A program made the position numbers and the translations under genes. A stretch of 64,000 nucleotides of DNA, taken from NCBI GenBank assembly GCA_009914755.4, contig CP068257.2, positions 26,208,001 through 26,272,000 on the forward strand, read 5' to 3'. The DNA is from the human T2T-CHM13v2.0 reference genome, Homo sapiens. Below, piece after piece: positions 25,197-37,654 of the stretch (the first letter of the stretch is position 1; each line of letters opens with the position of its first letter). Under the pieces are notes generated by a model. The model was not told the DNA's origin. It made no database searches and worked only from the letters and a program-made list of their open reading frames with translations.

Positions 25197-27016
25197 CCTA
25201 GAGACTTATTGAATGGCTCTGACCAAAATACTAATAGTGATATGGACAATAAAGTCCAGGCTGAAGTGGTCTCAGATGGAGATGAGGAACTTGTTGGGAA
25301 CTGAAGCAAAGGTGACTCTTGTTATACTTTAGCAAAGAGACTGGCAGCATTTTTCCCCTGCCCTAAAGATTTGTGGAACTTTGAACTTGAGAGAGATGAT
25401 TTAGGGCATCTGGTGCAATAAATTTCTAAGGAGCAAAGCATTCAAGAAGTGACTTGGGTACTGTTAAAAACATTCAGTTTTATTTATTCAGAAAGGTAGG
25501 ATTTGGAGTTGAAATTTATGTTTAAAAGGGAAGCAGATCATAAAAGTTTGGTAAATTTGTAGCCTGATGATGTGATAGAAAAGAAAAACCCATTTTCTGA
25601 GGAGAAATTCAAGCTGGCTGTAGAAATTTGCATAAGTAATAAGGAGCCAAATGTTAATCATGAAGACAATGGGGAAAATGTCTCCAGGGCATGTCAGAGG
25701 TCTTTATGGCAGCCCCTCCCATCACAGGCCCAGAGGCCTAGGAGGAAAAAATGGTTTCATAGGTTGGGTCCAGGGCCTTGCTGCTTTGAACACTCTCCAA
25801 ACTTGCTCCCCTGCATCCCAGCCATGGCTAAGAGGAGCCAGTGTATGTAGATCAGGTCATTGCTTCAGAGGGTGCAAGTCTCAAGCCTTGGCAGCTTACA
25901 TGTGGCTTTGGGCCTCCAGGTACACAGAAATCAAGAATTGAGGTTTGAGAACCTCCACATAGATTTCAGAGGATTTGTGGAAATGTCTGGATGTCCAGGC
26001 AGAGGTGTGCTGCAGGGGCAGAGTCCTCATGGAAAACCTCATGTTAGCGCAGAGTGGAAGGGAAATGTGGAGTCAAGCACCCTCTGGGGCACTGCCTGGT
26101 GGAGCTGTGAGAAGAGGGCCACCATCATCTGGACTCCAAAATGGTAGATCCACTGACAACGTGCACCATGCACCTGGAAAAACTGCAGACACTCAATGCC
26201 AGCTCATGAAAGCAGCCAGAAGGGGAGCTGTACCCTGTAAAGACACAGGGGCAGAGCTGCCTAAGGTCATGGGCGCCTACCTCTTGCATCAGTGAGACCT
26301 CGATGTGAGACATGGAGAAAAAAGGATCATTTTGGAGCTTTAAGATTTGACTGCTCTGCTGGATTTTGGATTTCTATGGGGCCTGTAGCCCCTTCATTTT
26401 GCCAATTTTTCCCATCTGGAATAGCTGTATTTACACAATGCCTGTATCTCCATTGTATCTAGGAAGTAACTAACTTGCTTTTGATTTTACAGGCTCATAG
26501 GCAGAAGGGACTTGCCTTGTCTTAGATGAGACTTTGGACTGTGGACTTTTGAGTTAATGCTGAAATGAGTTAAGATTTTGGAGGACTGTTGGGAAAGCAT
26601 GATTGGTTTTGAAATGTGAGGATGAGATTTGGGAGGGGCCACGGGTGGAATATTATTTGCTGTGTCCCCACTCAAATCTCATCCAGAATTTTAGCTCTCA
26701 CAATCCCCATGTGTTGTGGGAGGGGCCCAGTGGGAAGTAATTGAATCTTAGAAGTGGGTCTTTCCCATGCTGTTCTTGTGATAGTAAATAAGTCTCATGA
26801 CTCATGAGATCTGATGGTTTGATAAAGGGGAGTTCCCCTGCACACACTCTTTCTTGCCTGCTGCCATGTAAGACGTGTTTGCTTCCCCTTTGCTTTCCAC
26901 CATGATTGTGAGGCCTCCCCAGCCATGTGGATTTGTGAGTCAATTAAAACTTTCCTTTATAAATTACCCAATCCCAAGTATGTCTTTATTAGCAGCCTGA
27001 GAACAGACTAATACAA
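25197..27016 (+). mobile_element. THE1-type ERVL-MaLR element: internal region (25197-26649) plus 3' LTR (26650-27016), no recognisable 5' LTR
   Basis: The internal part starts cctagagacttattgaatggctctgaccaaaatactaatagtgatatggacaataaagtccaggctgaagtggtctcagatggagatgagg and its 3' end reads ggatcattttggagctttaagatttgactgctctgctggattttggatttctatggggcc ... gattttacaggctcataggcagaagggacttgccttgtcttagatgag ... gttgggaaagcatgattggttttgaaatgtgaggatgagatttgggagggg. The LTR reads gaatattatttgctgtgtccccactcaaatctcatccagaattttagctctcacaatccccatgtgttgtgggaggggcccagtgggaagtaattgaatct ... tgtgaggcctccccagccatgtgg ... tttataaattacccaatcccaagtatgtctttattagcagcctgagaacagactaatacaa. The partially open plus-strand frames 25572-26295 are decayed gag-like remnants. 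Confidence 0.85.
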
Positions 27017-27790
27017 CAGGATTGTGGGAAGTTCTCCAGGCATTCAGAGCACCCACCTTCCTGAATTAGGAGTAGGGAAACCAACTGCACCAAGATCTTT
27101 GCACAGAAGAGGTGGGGTGATTCAGGCTGCTGAACCAGGCAAGCAGAAGCTTTGAATGCCTGGAGATCTACCTGAGCATGTAGCAGCAAAGGCCCCTGCA
27201 CCAAGACCTCTGGCCAGGAAGGGTGGGGCATATCAAGCTGCTGATCCAGGCAAGTTGGTGCTCTGAATGTCTGGAGGTCTGCCTGAGTGTGGAGTAGAGA
27301 GGGCCATTCTGTATCATGATCTACGTCCAGGAAGGTTGGGTGGCTCAGGCTGCTGAACCAGAAGAACAGGTGCTTTAACTGCCTGGAGATCTGCCCAGGC
27401 ATAAAGCAGAGAAGGCCTCCCTGCACCGTAGCTCTGAACAGAAAGAATAGTGGTGAGTCAGGCTGCTGATTCAAGTGAGTAAATGTCTGGAGGCCTGCCT
27501 GGTTATGGAGCAGAGAAAGCCCCACTGCACCAGGATCTCTGTACAGGAAGGGTGGAGCAGGTTAGGCTCTGAACCCAGTGAACAGATGCTCCTAATGCCT
27601 GGAGATCTGCCTTGGCATAAAGTGTAGGGGGCTGCTCTGCACCACAATCTATGTTCATGAAGAGTTGAGTGGCTAAGGCTGCTAGTCCAGGAAAGCAGCT
27701 GCGCCAAATGCCTGAATTTTTGCCTGGGGTTTGAGCAGAGGACCTCACTGCACTATTATCTTGGTAGGGCAGATGGAGACACCTAGAAAT
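27017..27790. repeat. Tandem array, 7 units of about 104-113 bp (mostly 111-113), immediately 3' of the THE1 LTR
   Basis: Unit starts (gctgctgaaccagg / gctgctgatccagg / gctgctgaaccaga / gctgctgattcaag / gctctgaacccagt / gctgctagtccagg) fall at 27126, 27237, 27349, 27462, 27566 and 27677. Each unit contains gcctggagatctgcc ... ggccc/aaggcccctgcaccaagacctctg ... caggaagggtgg. Because the period is close to 3n, long open minus-strand frames result (26989-27525 at 178 aa and 27503-27943 at 146 aa). Confidence 0.85.
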
Positions 27791-28559
27791 GGCACACACA
27801 GACCAATTCCAGGTCACTAGGCTGGCCTTGGCTGCAAATCTCACCACCCAGAAGAAACTGCAGCTGTAGCAGCACTCCTCCTGCCCCAGGCTTGTGACAA
27901 GGGAAAGCACAATTTCAGTGTCCACTCTGGATGTGCTTTCCATAGCTCTGGTGGTGGAGGCCCTTATCCCACTCTAGAGCAGGCCCCCCCCCCCAATCTC
28001 TGGTTCAAGAATAAAATTCCTGAGTGGTCATGCTGCCAAGTTGCCAAAGAATGCCTGACTTTGTATGCCTGGATTAAAAATGTTATCCTGTTCTTGGTCC
28101 CAGGTCTGGGAAAATGTCTGCAGCTTTTCCCAGTGTCTTTCCCTCACAACATCTCCAAGCCTCTCCCCATGCTGGCTCTAGGGCTTGGGAGAAAGACAGT
28201 GCTGTTTCTCGACCTGGGTCGCTTGAGTTCCCAATGGAAAAATGAGTCACATAGGGAGGCTCTCTGCCTCTCTCGTATCCTCCTGGAGCTTCAATCACTT
28301 TTACCAGGCAGATACCATCATGGAGACTGTCTGTCAGTGTTCTTTCTCCTCCACAGGATCTGGAGTGCCCTTCACAATTCTGATGATTTCCCATTTTCTT
28401 CTTGAATTAAAGCTCACAGAGTTGATCTTTATGCACTACTTACTACTTCCAAGTGGCTGAGGCATCATAAAAGCCTCTAATCTGCCACCTTGGGAAAAAC
28501 AAATAGGGATTCTTAATTTGTTTTACTTGTGACGTATTTGTCTGGTTTTACTAGTCTTA

Positions 28560-31100
28560 TAAAAAGAGTTGGAAAATAATCCCTCCTTTTCTATTTTTTG
28601 AGTGTGTTTGTGAAGAATTAGTGTAAACTCTTCTAAACATTTGGTAGAATGTATCAGTAAAGCCATCTATTCTAGGGATTATGTGTGTATTGGTGGAGGG
28701 AAGTTTTATATTGCCTACTTTATTTCTTCCTTCATGTATTTTGGGATTCTCTTGATAGGGGCATATGTGCTTACTGTTATGTTTTCTTGATGTATTAATC
28801 CTTTCTATCATTGTAAAATGCTCTTTCTCGCTAATCACAATTTATCTCTTGAAGTTTGTTTTGTGTGTTATTATGACCAGGTCTCTTTTGATTACTGTTT
28901 GAATGATTTATCTTATTCAGTCATTTGTATTCAAACTGTTTGTGTCTTTGAATATAAAGTGTGCCTGCTGAATAAAACAGATAGTTGGATTATGTTTTTT
29001 CTAAACCCATCTGCAAACTCTATTTTAAATGGAGTTTTTAATCTATATACATTTAATGTAATTACTGATACATAGAATTTATGTTTGCCAGTTTACCAGT
29101 TGTTTTCTATATGTCTTCTGCTTTTTTATTTCTCTATTTTTCTAAGATTGCCTTTTCTTTAGTCAATAGATATTTTTAATGCACTGTATTAATCCCCTTA
29201 TCACTGATTTTATTATATTTTATAAGTTATTTTCTTAGGGTTGCCTGATGGGCTACAAGTAGTATCTTAATTTTTAAAAATCTAGTTAGATTTACCATCA
29301 ACTTAATTTTAATAGCATACAAAAATTTTGATTCTAAATAGCATTGTTCTCTCCTTCTTCCTTTGTTGTATTACTATACATATTACATCTTTATTCATTG
29401 TATGCCAATCGGTACATTACTTATAACCATTGCTTTATGCAGTTTATTTTTGAATCAGGTAGGAGAAAAGAAAATAGTTACAAAGAATACATTTACATTC
29501 TCTTTCATATATTTCTAATTTTTGCTTTTTCTATTGTTCTGCATTTGTTTATATGGACTCTAGATATTGTCAAGTGTAATTTTATTTCATATTGAAATAC
29601 CTCTTTTAATATTTCTTGCATGGAAACTTTGCTAGTAGGAGATTCTGTCAGTTTTGGTTTCAGAGAATAAGTGAGAATATTTTCACTTCTTTTTCATTTT
29701 TGAAGTATAGTTTTGTTGGTTATGAAATTAATCGTTGATAGTCATTTACTTCCAAAACTTTAAAAATGTCATCTCACTGCCTCTGGTTTCCATGGTTTCT
29801 AATGAAAAATCAGTGAAAAATTATTCAGACTCTTTTGCACATGATGAATTGCTCCTCTCTTGTTGTTTTCAAGATTCTTTCTTTGTCATTTTCTTTTGAT
29901 TGTTTAATTATAATTTTTTAAAAATGTGAATCTCTTTGAGTTTATCCTACTTGGGAGTCATAGATCTTCTTGGATGTGCAAGTTAGTATTCTTTATCAAA
30001 TTTTGGAAGTTTTTAAGTATGTTTTGTATTGCTCTTCATATATTTTTATGCCCCATTTCTCTTCTGTTCCCTCTCCTTTTGGGACTTCCATTATACATGT
30101 TTTGCTATGCTTGATGGTATCTCTGAGTCAGTCTATTTGTCTTTATTTCTTTTTCTTTCTGTTTCTTGCATTAGATAATCTCATTGACCTATATTTAAGT
30201 TAGCTAACTCTTTTCCCTGCTTGCTAAAATCTGCTGTTAAGTCACTCCAGTACATTTTTATACAGTTATTATACATTTTAATTCTATAATTAATATATAT
30301 TTATACAATTGCTTATTTGTATTATTTATTTGGTGAGACATTTATTCTCAAATGTTCCTTTAGATTTTTAGGAATAGCTTATTTTAGTTATTAAACAAAT
30401 TTTCATCATGGTGGATTTAAAAACCTTTGTCTACTAAGCCAAACACCTGAGATTTCTCATGGACAGTTTTATCGATTGCGTGTTTTCCTGTGTATGAGCC
30501 ATATTGTCTTACTTTTTGTATGCCTTATAAGTTTTTGTTGAAAACTGAACATTTTAAATAATAAAAATGTGACAACTCTGAAAATTATATTTTACTCCCT
30601 TCAAATTTTGTTGATTTTGCTATTTGTTTTTGTTGTCATTTGTTTCTTTAGTGAATTTTCTGAACTAATTGTCTAAAGTTTTTGTTTTTTATCATGTTTG
30701 AACACTGAAGTCTCTGTTTGCTTAACTTACTAGTCAGTGAAAGAATAGACAGAAATTTCATTAAAGACCTGGAACCCGTAACTCTTCCAGTCTCTGCTGA
30801 GTGGCTCTGTGTGCATTTTAGGCCACACTTTTAACACCCAGCTGGTTGGTTGACAACTCTGCCTTAGTCTTCACATTCTGCTTTCCCATAGCTTCATGGT
30901 CATCTGGAGGTGAAAGCTTAGGGCCTTCTCATATTTTTCTTGAGAATAAGCATTGTGCTTAGAATGTGCACAATCATACATGTGTGTGACCTTTTATAGT
31001 GCCAATAATATGTCAGAAGTCTCCGGAACTCCTATGTACATTTCCTAGCTTTTTAAGTTTTCCAGCTACCGTATTATTTGCCCTAACTGTTATCTACCAC
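28560..31100 (-). mobile_element. Old L1 (L1M-like) internal region, antisense, highly diverged
   Basis: AT-rich antisense L1 blocks are recognisable, for example ttggtagaatgtatcagtaaagccatctattctagggattatgtgtgtattggtggagggaagttttatattgcctactttatttcttccttc ... tcttgataggggcatatgtgc, and ctgctgttaagtcactccagtacattttt resembles L1 ...aatctgctgttgaacccctctagtgaatttt. The level of divergence prevents precise boundaries. Confidence 0.5.
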
Positions 31101-31289
31101 TTCATTCTACCATGATTTAAAGAATTTGCCTTTCAATATTTTCAATAAGTATGCTAGTTAAAAAGACTTTCATGGGCCAGCTACAAATGAGGTCAAATAA
31201 AGACAGTTTTATAAGTGGTATCTTGCAGTAAGCCACGTTCCAGGTCAAACAATAATTCTCAGGGAACTAAGCTGAAGGCTGCCAGGCTG

Positions 31290-31710
31290 CTAGTAGTCAG
31301 CGACTGAGGGATATTTGTTTTCAGGGTAACTGTAGAACTTGAGACAGGGTGATGAGAATAGGCAGCTTAAAATACCACAAAGCTTACAGCTCTTACCATA
31401 ATTTAGCCTTTCTCTTTTGTTTTTTTGTTTATTAAATAAATTATTTTCAGATTCCTCAAAGTATTTGGCTAATTTCCAGAGTTTTAAAAGAGCTGATTCT
31501 GATTATTTTTGCACATTTTTAATTGTTTATATGGAGGAGATAATTTGCATATGCCCTCACATCATCATTTGTATTGCTATCACTCTTCTTTTTCATATTA
31601 CGGTCAAATGTAATATCACTAGAAGTAAAAATATTTTCATGAGCACTTGCTAATAAGATAAAAATAAGATATCTATTACGTATATAATTTAAATCCAATT
31701 TAAGATCAAG
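31290..31710 (+). repeat. Interspersed-repeat segment homologous to 55498-55810 (likely a 3'-region variant of an ancient L1 subfamily)
   Basis: The sequence cttacagctcttaccataatttagcctttctcttttgtttttttgtttattaaataaattattttcagattcctcaaagtatttggctaatttccagagttttaaaagagctgattctgattatttttgcacatttttaattgtttatatggaggagataatttgcatatgccctcacatcatcatttgtattgctatcac ... parallels 55480-55810 (cttacagttcttaccaaacttctaccttttttgtttgttttttgaataaacactttgtggattcctcaaagcatttggctaatttttcaagttctaaaaatgttgatcctgattatttttgccagtttttaaaattgcctttatggaggaagtaatttgctgatgccctcactccatcattttcattgataccattcc ...). I cannot name the family by eye. Confidence 0.6.
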
Positions 31711-34700
31711 ATTCAGCCTTAAACTTGACCTTTTCAGAAATGCTTTTTAATATTCAGAAGGTAGTGGTTCCTTCCTAAATAACACAATGTAGCTGTAAAC
31801 AATTGGATCCGTTTCCTTTCCTTACCCATTTCATTGAACAAATGTCTTTTCCCTCAACTCCCTTATATTTTAGAATTATCTGACTCCTGTGGTCATCTTC
31901 TTTCCGAGGGTTAGTAATCATGAAATAACTTCTAAGCATATAAGTTTTTAGAAATTCATTTACATGATGTATAGTAGGCACACCGTCTTTCATGGAATTG
32001 AAACAGGATTCCTTCTTATCTCAAACCTGCAGGTTGTTGGGAAGCATGTAAGTGATACTGTTCACTTTGGCTACATCACGCCATTCTAAATTCATATCTT
32101 TTCAATGCTATTATTTCTGACATTTCATGTTGTAAACCTAGAAAGGCAGTACTCAGATGTCCACTTTGTGGATTTTGTATTTTTCTATGTGATAGGCCCA
32201 TTTAATAATATATTTTTCCCTTTCAGGCACTTCGAATAATTTAAAGCAAATTATTTTCATGGAAAACTGGTCGATGTTTGAGTCCTCAAGTGCTTACACT
32301 AGGAGGGAAGTAACCTTTTCAGATGAGTGTCTGTTTCACTACATTTCCACAAGAAACATCAAATTTCATATTTCACTATTTTTAAACTAGAGAAATCTAG
32401 GAAATTGTCATTTTCCAAGAACAATATGATGCTGAATTTCCCCCTCTCCCTTTGCCAAACAGTGTGATAGAATTTTCAGTCATTCTCACAAGAATTAATA
32501 ATTAATTATTCTATTACTGTTTCAAAATAAAAATTCTCTGCCATTATCTCCACAAAATTTGTCACTTTGCCACCACCAGCACTATGATGACTGAGAATAA
32601 TCAGAGCATAATTTGATTCCTATAACGTTAATAGAAGCTGACTAAATGGACATTTATTTGATAAGTGTTAGAGTGTAAGCTCCACACAGACAGTTTTTTT
32701 ATCTGTTTTTTTCAGTGTCAGATACCAAGATTTGAGCACAGTTTCTGATGTATACTCAGTGCTAAATAGCATGTTGAATGAAGGGGTGAATGACTCCTGT
32801 GCTCAAATTCTATTTGATTAATTCAAACATAATCTGCCTCTTGTGCACAGGATGAAATTATCCTGACTCTGTATTTTTAACTATAATAATAGCAATATGA
32901 AATATATATGTATAATTTTATAAAATTTACAAAATCATTTACACACCACATTTTCTCACCTAAGACTCTAAACAGAGCAAGGCTTTATGATCATAATTTT
33001 ATTGATAATCACATTTAGACTAGGAGAAATTGAGTGTGATTTATCCAAGAGTCACAGAGTGAGAAAATATCAAAAGGAGGATTCAAACTCAAGGCTTATG
33101 ACTTCTAAGTCTCTATGTATTTCACTACATCCATACATTCTATATAGTATTTTTCAAAGTTTGCAAAGCAATGCCCCTTATTTACCTTATGTGATCCTTT
33201 TATTTCTCCGCTTCCCCAACTTTGGAGATAAGCAGGGTTTTGTTTATCTAATGCTACACAAAAAGTCACCCCCAAACTTGGAAACCAAAATAATTATTTA
33301 TGGTAATGTGTGTTGACTGAGCTCAACTGGTTATTTCTCACTTCAGATATCTCCTGGAGTGTCGGTCAGATGGTAGCAGAATCTAGAGTCATCTGAAAGT
33401 TCAACTAGACTGGACAACCAAGAAAGTATCTTCATTCACATGTCTGACACCTCAGGTGGGATTGCTAAAAGAGCAGACACTATAGCTCTTTTTCTTTTTG
33501 TGGACTCCCCATATGGCTAGCTTTGGCTTCCTCAAACTTAGAGTCCTCAGAGTGCTTGAACTTCATGTTCAAAAAGTTGGCTTCCCACAGACTACACATT
33601 CCAAGAGAAAAAGAAACATGCCACATTCTATTGTTTACATACGGCAAGCCCTCATTTATTTTGGTTAAAAACTATACAGAAAAGTGAATACTGGACAGCA
33701 TGTTTCACTCAGGGCCATTTTTCAAAAGATAGCAGCACTCTACAATGGTGAACATACATATTGTAGAACTGAGTGGCCAATTTCTTTACCTATAGCCTGG
33801 GTTTGACTCACTTATTGGATTACGTTGGAAATCCAAGGTAAATCTTACTTAATTTCTCTTAGTTTCCATTCCTTATTAAAGTATAGCAATTGCTACCTCA
33901 TAAGGTTGTGTCACTTTGGAATTAGATAATCAAAATAAATGAACTTTGCAAACTCTAAAGTGTTATCTATTTTTTTTTTTATTAATGGTGTCATGGGACA
34001 TTGGCTGCTTCTGTTTGAAAATCAAACCTTTCTTCACTGGTATCTTCTTAATCCTCAGAGACTAGAAATTTGAAGTCAAAATATATCATATGAACTGATC
34101 TTTCCCTCCACCACCATTTTATTCCACTGTTATATGTACTCAACAGACTTCTTACAGTTAAATTCATTTTCCAAAGCCGCCATTCTGACTAACCACTCCC
34201 TAATATTCTCTGTACCAAATATGTCTCAAGCCTGGTAAAAAATGAACCCTATAATTTTCCTGGACAACATTTCCTTATAAATTCAAATTTACCTAAAATT
34301 ATCTCCTCCATAATTATTCCTTAAGCTTCTTTGAGATCAGTAGCTTCAAAGCAGGTGAAGTCTCAGTAACTCGAGCAGAAGATGTTACCTATTAAGCATC
34401 CAGCACTATTGCAGGAATTGGTTTTCACTCAATTGTTTAATTATCATCACTGTTCTCTTTCAATTAGGAAAAAATAAGGATATAAGAGAATAGAAAGTAG
34501 GGCAGTATCAGGTACTGTATTGGAGAAAGGCAGAAAAATTGAGGAGGAATGAAGTGCATGTACGGAGAGTTACGCTGTGAAGATAGTACTTCAATAGTTT
34601 CCAACACGGTGCAAAAAGAACTTTTATGTTCTGAACCAATCTTAATGTTAAATGTAACCTTTATCTCTCACTCATTGCACTAAAAGATATATTGAATTAT

Positions 34701-35544
34701 AACTCTTCATTTGAAACAAATGATAATCGGAACGATTCAGTATAGGGGAAAACATAAGGGGGAACGCAGAAATGGTCATTTTCAGGAAAATGTTCTCTGG
34801 TAAGAGGATAGGATGTGGTGTGGTCTTTGGTAGAAATACTGACAGACCAGCCACTCTCAAAGGAAGGAAAGCAAAGAATGTGATTTCAGATGCAGGTATG
34901 CTGATGGATTTGATGGTGGGAGCATCAGGAAATTCTCTTTTGGCTGCTATCATTTTCACTGTAAAATGAAAAACAAGAATATTAGCTGAGAGAGGAAGGG
35001 CAGAAAAATTTGGAAGTTTAAGAAGAGAGGTCAAAGTGTACCTCACAAAGGTACATGTCCCAGGTAGGACCCAAAAACTCTTTTAAGGGATTAGTATGAA
35101 TGGTGGAAAAGAAAGAATTTTGCTTTCCTCAGATCTGGAATTGCATGCTATATTGGCCTGGAGCTGCCAACAGCCATCTTTCCAAATGTGTAGAAAAGTC
35201 AGACTGAAAACAAAGTCAACACGGAAAATAATAGATCAAATATGGAATGAGAGAGGCAAAATTCTTACATTACCATTGCAGGGCATGAGAGCAGCCAGGC
35301 TTGTACAGAGAGCACCCCCTGAGGTTTTCTACTACATGAGTGAATAAATTTCTTTGTTGATTAAGCTTGTTTGAATGTGTTTTTGTCAATTATAATCAAA
35401 AGAGTACTCAATACATCAGATAGTTAAGGAGTGGTGTTTTAAGTTTCACATAATAAATTCTTAAAATGACCAGAAAAATAGTGTAACAAATTGATAGATT
35501 ATCAAGATGGTTTTTAGAATTAGAAAACTGAGTTTGAATTTTGA

Positions 35545-35830
35545 CTGCTCCATGTAATGAGATGTGTGAACTTTGGGCTTACTTAATCTCTCTGAGCTTC
35601 ATATCATCGATAAATTGAGTATAATGATAACATCTCCCATGTAAGTCCTGGGCAATATATCAGTGTTTTATACATATTATCTTCCCAATATTCCAATTCT
35701 CCAGTAGAGCAGGTATTATTATCTTGCATTTACAAATGAGAAGAGTGAGACTTAGCAAGGTTAATAATCAGCCCAACATTCCACAACTAGTAAGGTGGTA
35801 TTGAACCCATGTTTCTATTACCTGAAACCT
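35545..35830. mobile_element. MIR (ancient tRNA-derived SINE) fragments: antisense-like piece at about 35545-35600, sense core at about 35690-35830
   Basis: The stretch ttattatcttgcatttacaaatgagaagagtgagacttagcaaggttaataatcagcccaacattccacaactagtaaggtggtattgaacccatgt resembles the MIR core tattattatccccattttacagatgaggaaactgaggcacagagaggttaagtaacttgcccaaggtcacacagctagtaagtggcagagctgggattcgaacccagg. Upstream, tgtgaactttgggcttacttaatctctctgagcttcat resembles the reverse-strand MIR tgtgaccttgggcaagtcacttaacctctctgagcctcag. Confidence 0.45.
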
Positions 35831-36408
35831 GGAGTGACCACAAAGTCTCAATTCACCTGGGACTATTGTAGTCTGTGCCTATTGCACCTGCATTCCATCC
35901 AATTAGCACACTCTTTCACTTACAAAAAAAAGAAAATCTCGGATTTGACAATAGATTAGATGGTCACCGTTGAAGGTTGGGTTTTACAAGAAGCTGACTC
36001 TGAAGTCACAGATCAGCTTGCGGGAAGTTAATTGGGGAATACTCTCTGGATCTACATCTTAGGGGGTAAAAAAAAAAATCAAGATTGGCCACGGGAAGAA
36101 CAAAAGTCTCAGCAAACCCCACAGGGACCTTGGAAGCTGGAATGACACTTTGGAGTTGTTCCATTTGGAAAAGAGTTTCTGAGCCATGATATCACTGTAT
36201 CATCCCACTCACCATATGAGGTCTGGCCCTAAGAAAAGGGAGTGCTCTTCAACAAGATAGCACTCTTCAGCTGAGGACAATTTCTGGAGAAAGCTGACAG
36301 CCGAGAGTTTTATGCTGGCAGCACTCCCAGTAGCTGGAGAAAGAAGTTCTTCAGAAGGACTGGGCCACATACATCTCTACCACAGCTGTAAGCTTTCATT
36401 TCTCATGA

Positions 36409-36757
<349 letters not shown>

Positions 36758-37654
36758 GCTCTGAGTATTAATAAAAGCATGCTTATATTATGTTTAATAG
36801 TACCTGGTATATATTAATATATACTTACATATTTATACACACACCACACCTACTCCTATACATATAGATTCAATAAATGGCAACAATTATTTTGTTAAAT
36901 ACGTGTGATATACATATAATAATAACATAAATATTATTATTGTAAAGTTACCACTTCAAAACGAGGAGTCTGAAATCATTGAAAGATAAGATTTATAAAA
37001 TTTTGTTTGGAGTTCGTCTAACTTGAAAGATCGCCAAGAGCAGCCCAGCACAATGTCCTGATACATAAACTGTTAAAAATCCTGAAGCTTCTTGAGAGCC
37101 ACATAGGCAGAAAGAATCTAGGTATAGGTCAGTGAAAGGAATCCCATATGAGAAGTGGTGGTGGAGGAAGTGTGGGTTGGTGGGAGAGATGTATGGCTAT
37201 TAACGTGCTGTTGAAATCCACCAATTCTCATAGTCAAAAGCCTTTGGGAAGAAGAGAGGAAAATGTTTTTCCCCTAACTGTTTGCAATCTTCTTTAAGTA
37301 CTAAGCCCATGATTGGGGTGGTTGTGGAAAAGGTGGATCTAGAACTCCATCAAACAACTTCCCTCTGGCCATTTCTGCATCCTCACTGTATTATTTGTTA
37401 ATTCTACTCCTAAAATTGTGTGGAGGTTAACCAGGGCTTTAAACTAAACATATTAGTAGTAAAAGAGAGATTCCCTATTGAATTAATCTGACGTGATTAC
37501 AGAAAAGACAACTCATTCCTCCAGGACTTGGAGCCTTTGGAGTGTGCACATGCATAGAAAATGTGGTGGTTAATTTTTCTAAGGTCAGCTTGGCTGGGCT
37601 AAGGGATGCCCAAATAGCGGGTAAAACATTATTTCTGGCTGCGTCTGTGAACGC

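Noticed and set aside
24755-25309. 184-aa minus-strand ORF
   Set aside because: Residues match L1 ORF2p (…[20 protein letters not shown]…[29 protein letters not shown]…). It is a decayed L1 ORF2 remnant whose open frame happens to extend about 100 bp into THE1 internal sequence. It is not an independent gene.
25572-26295. Cluster of overlapping 92-106-aa plus-strand ORFs
   Set aside because: They fall in THE1/MaLR internal sequence (gag-like remnant). Frames are broken and overlapping, and MaLR elements have no functional genes.
26989-27943. 178-aa and 146-aa minus-strand ORFs
   Set aside because: These are a by-product of the ~111-bp (3n) tandem array. They are kept as a finding about the repeat, not called as coding sequences.
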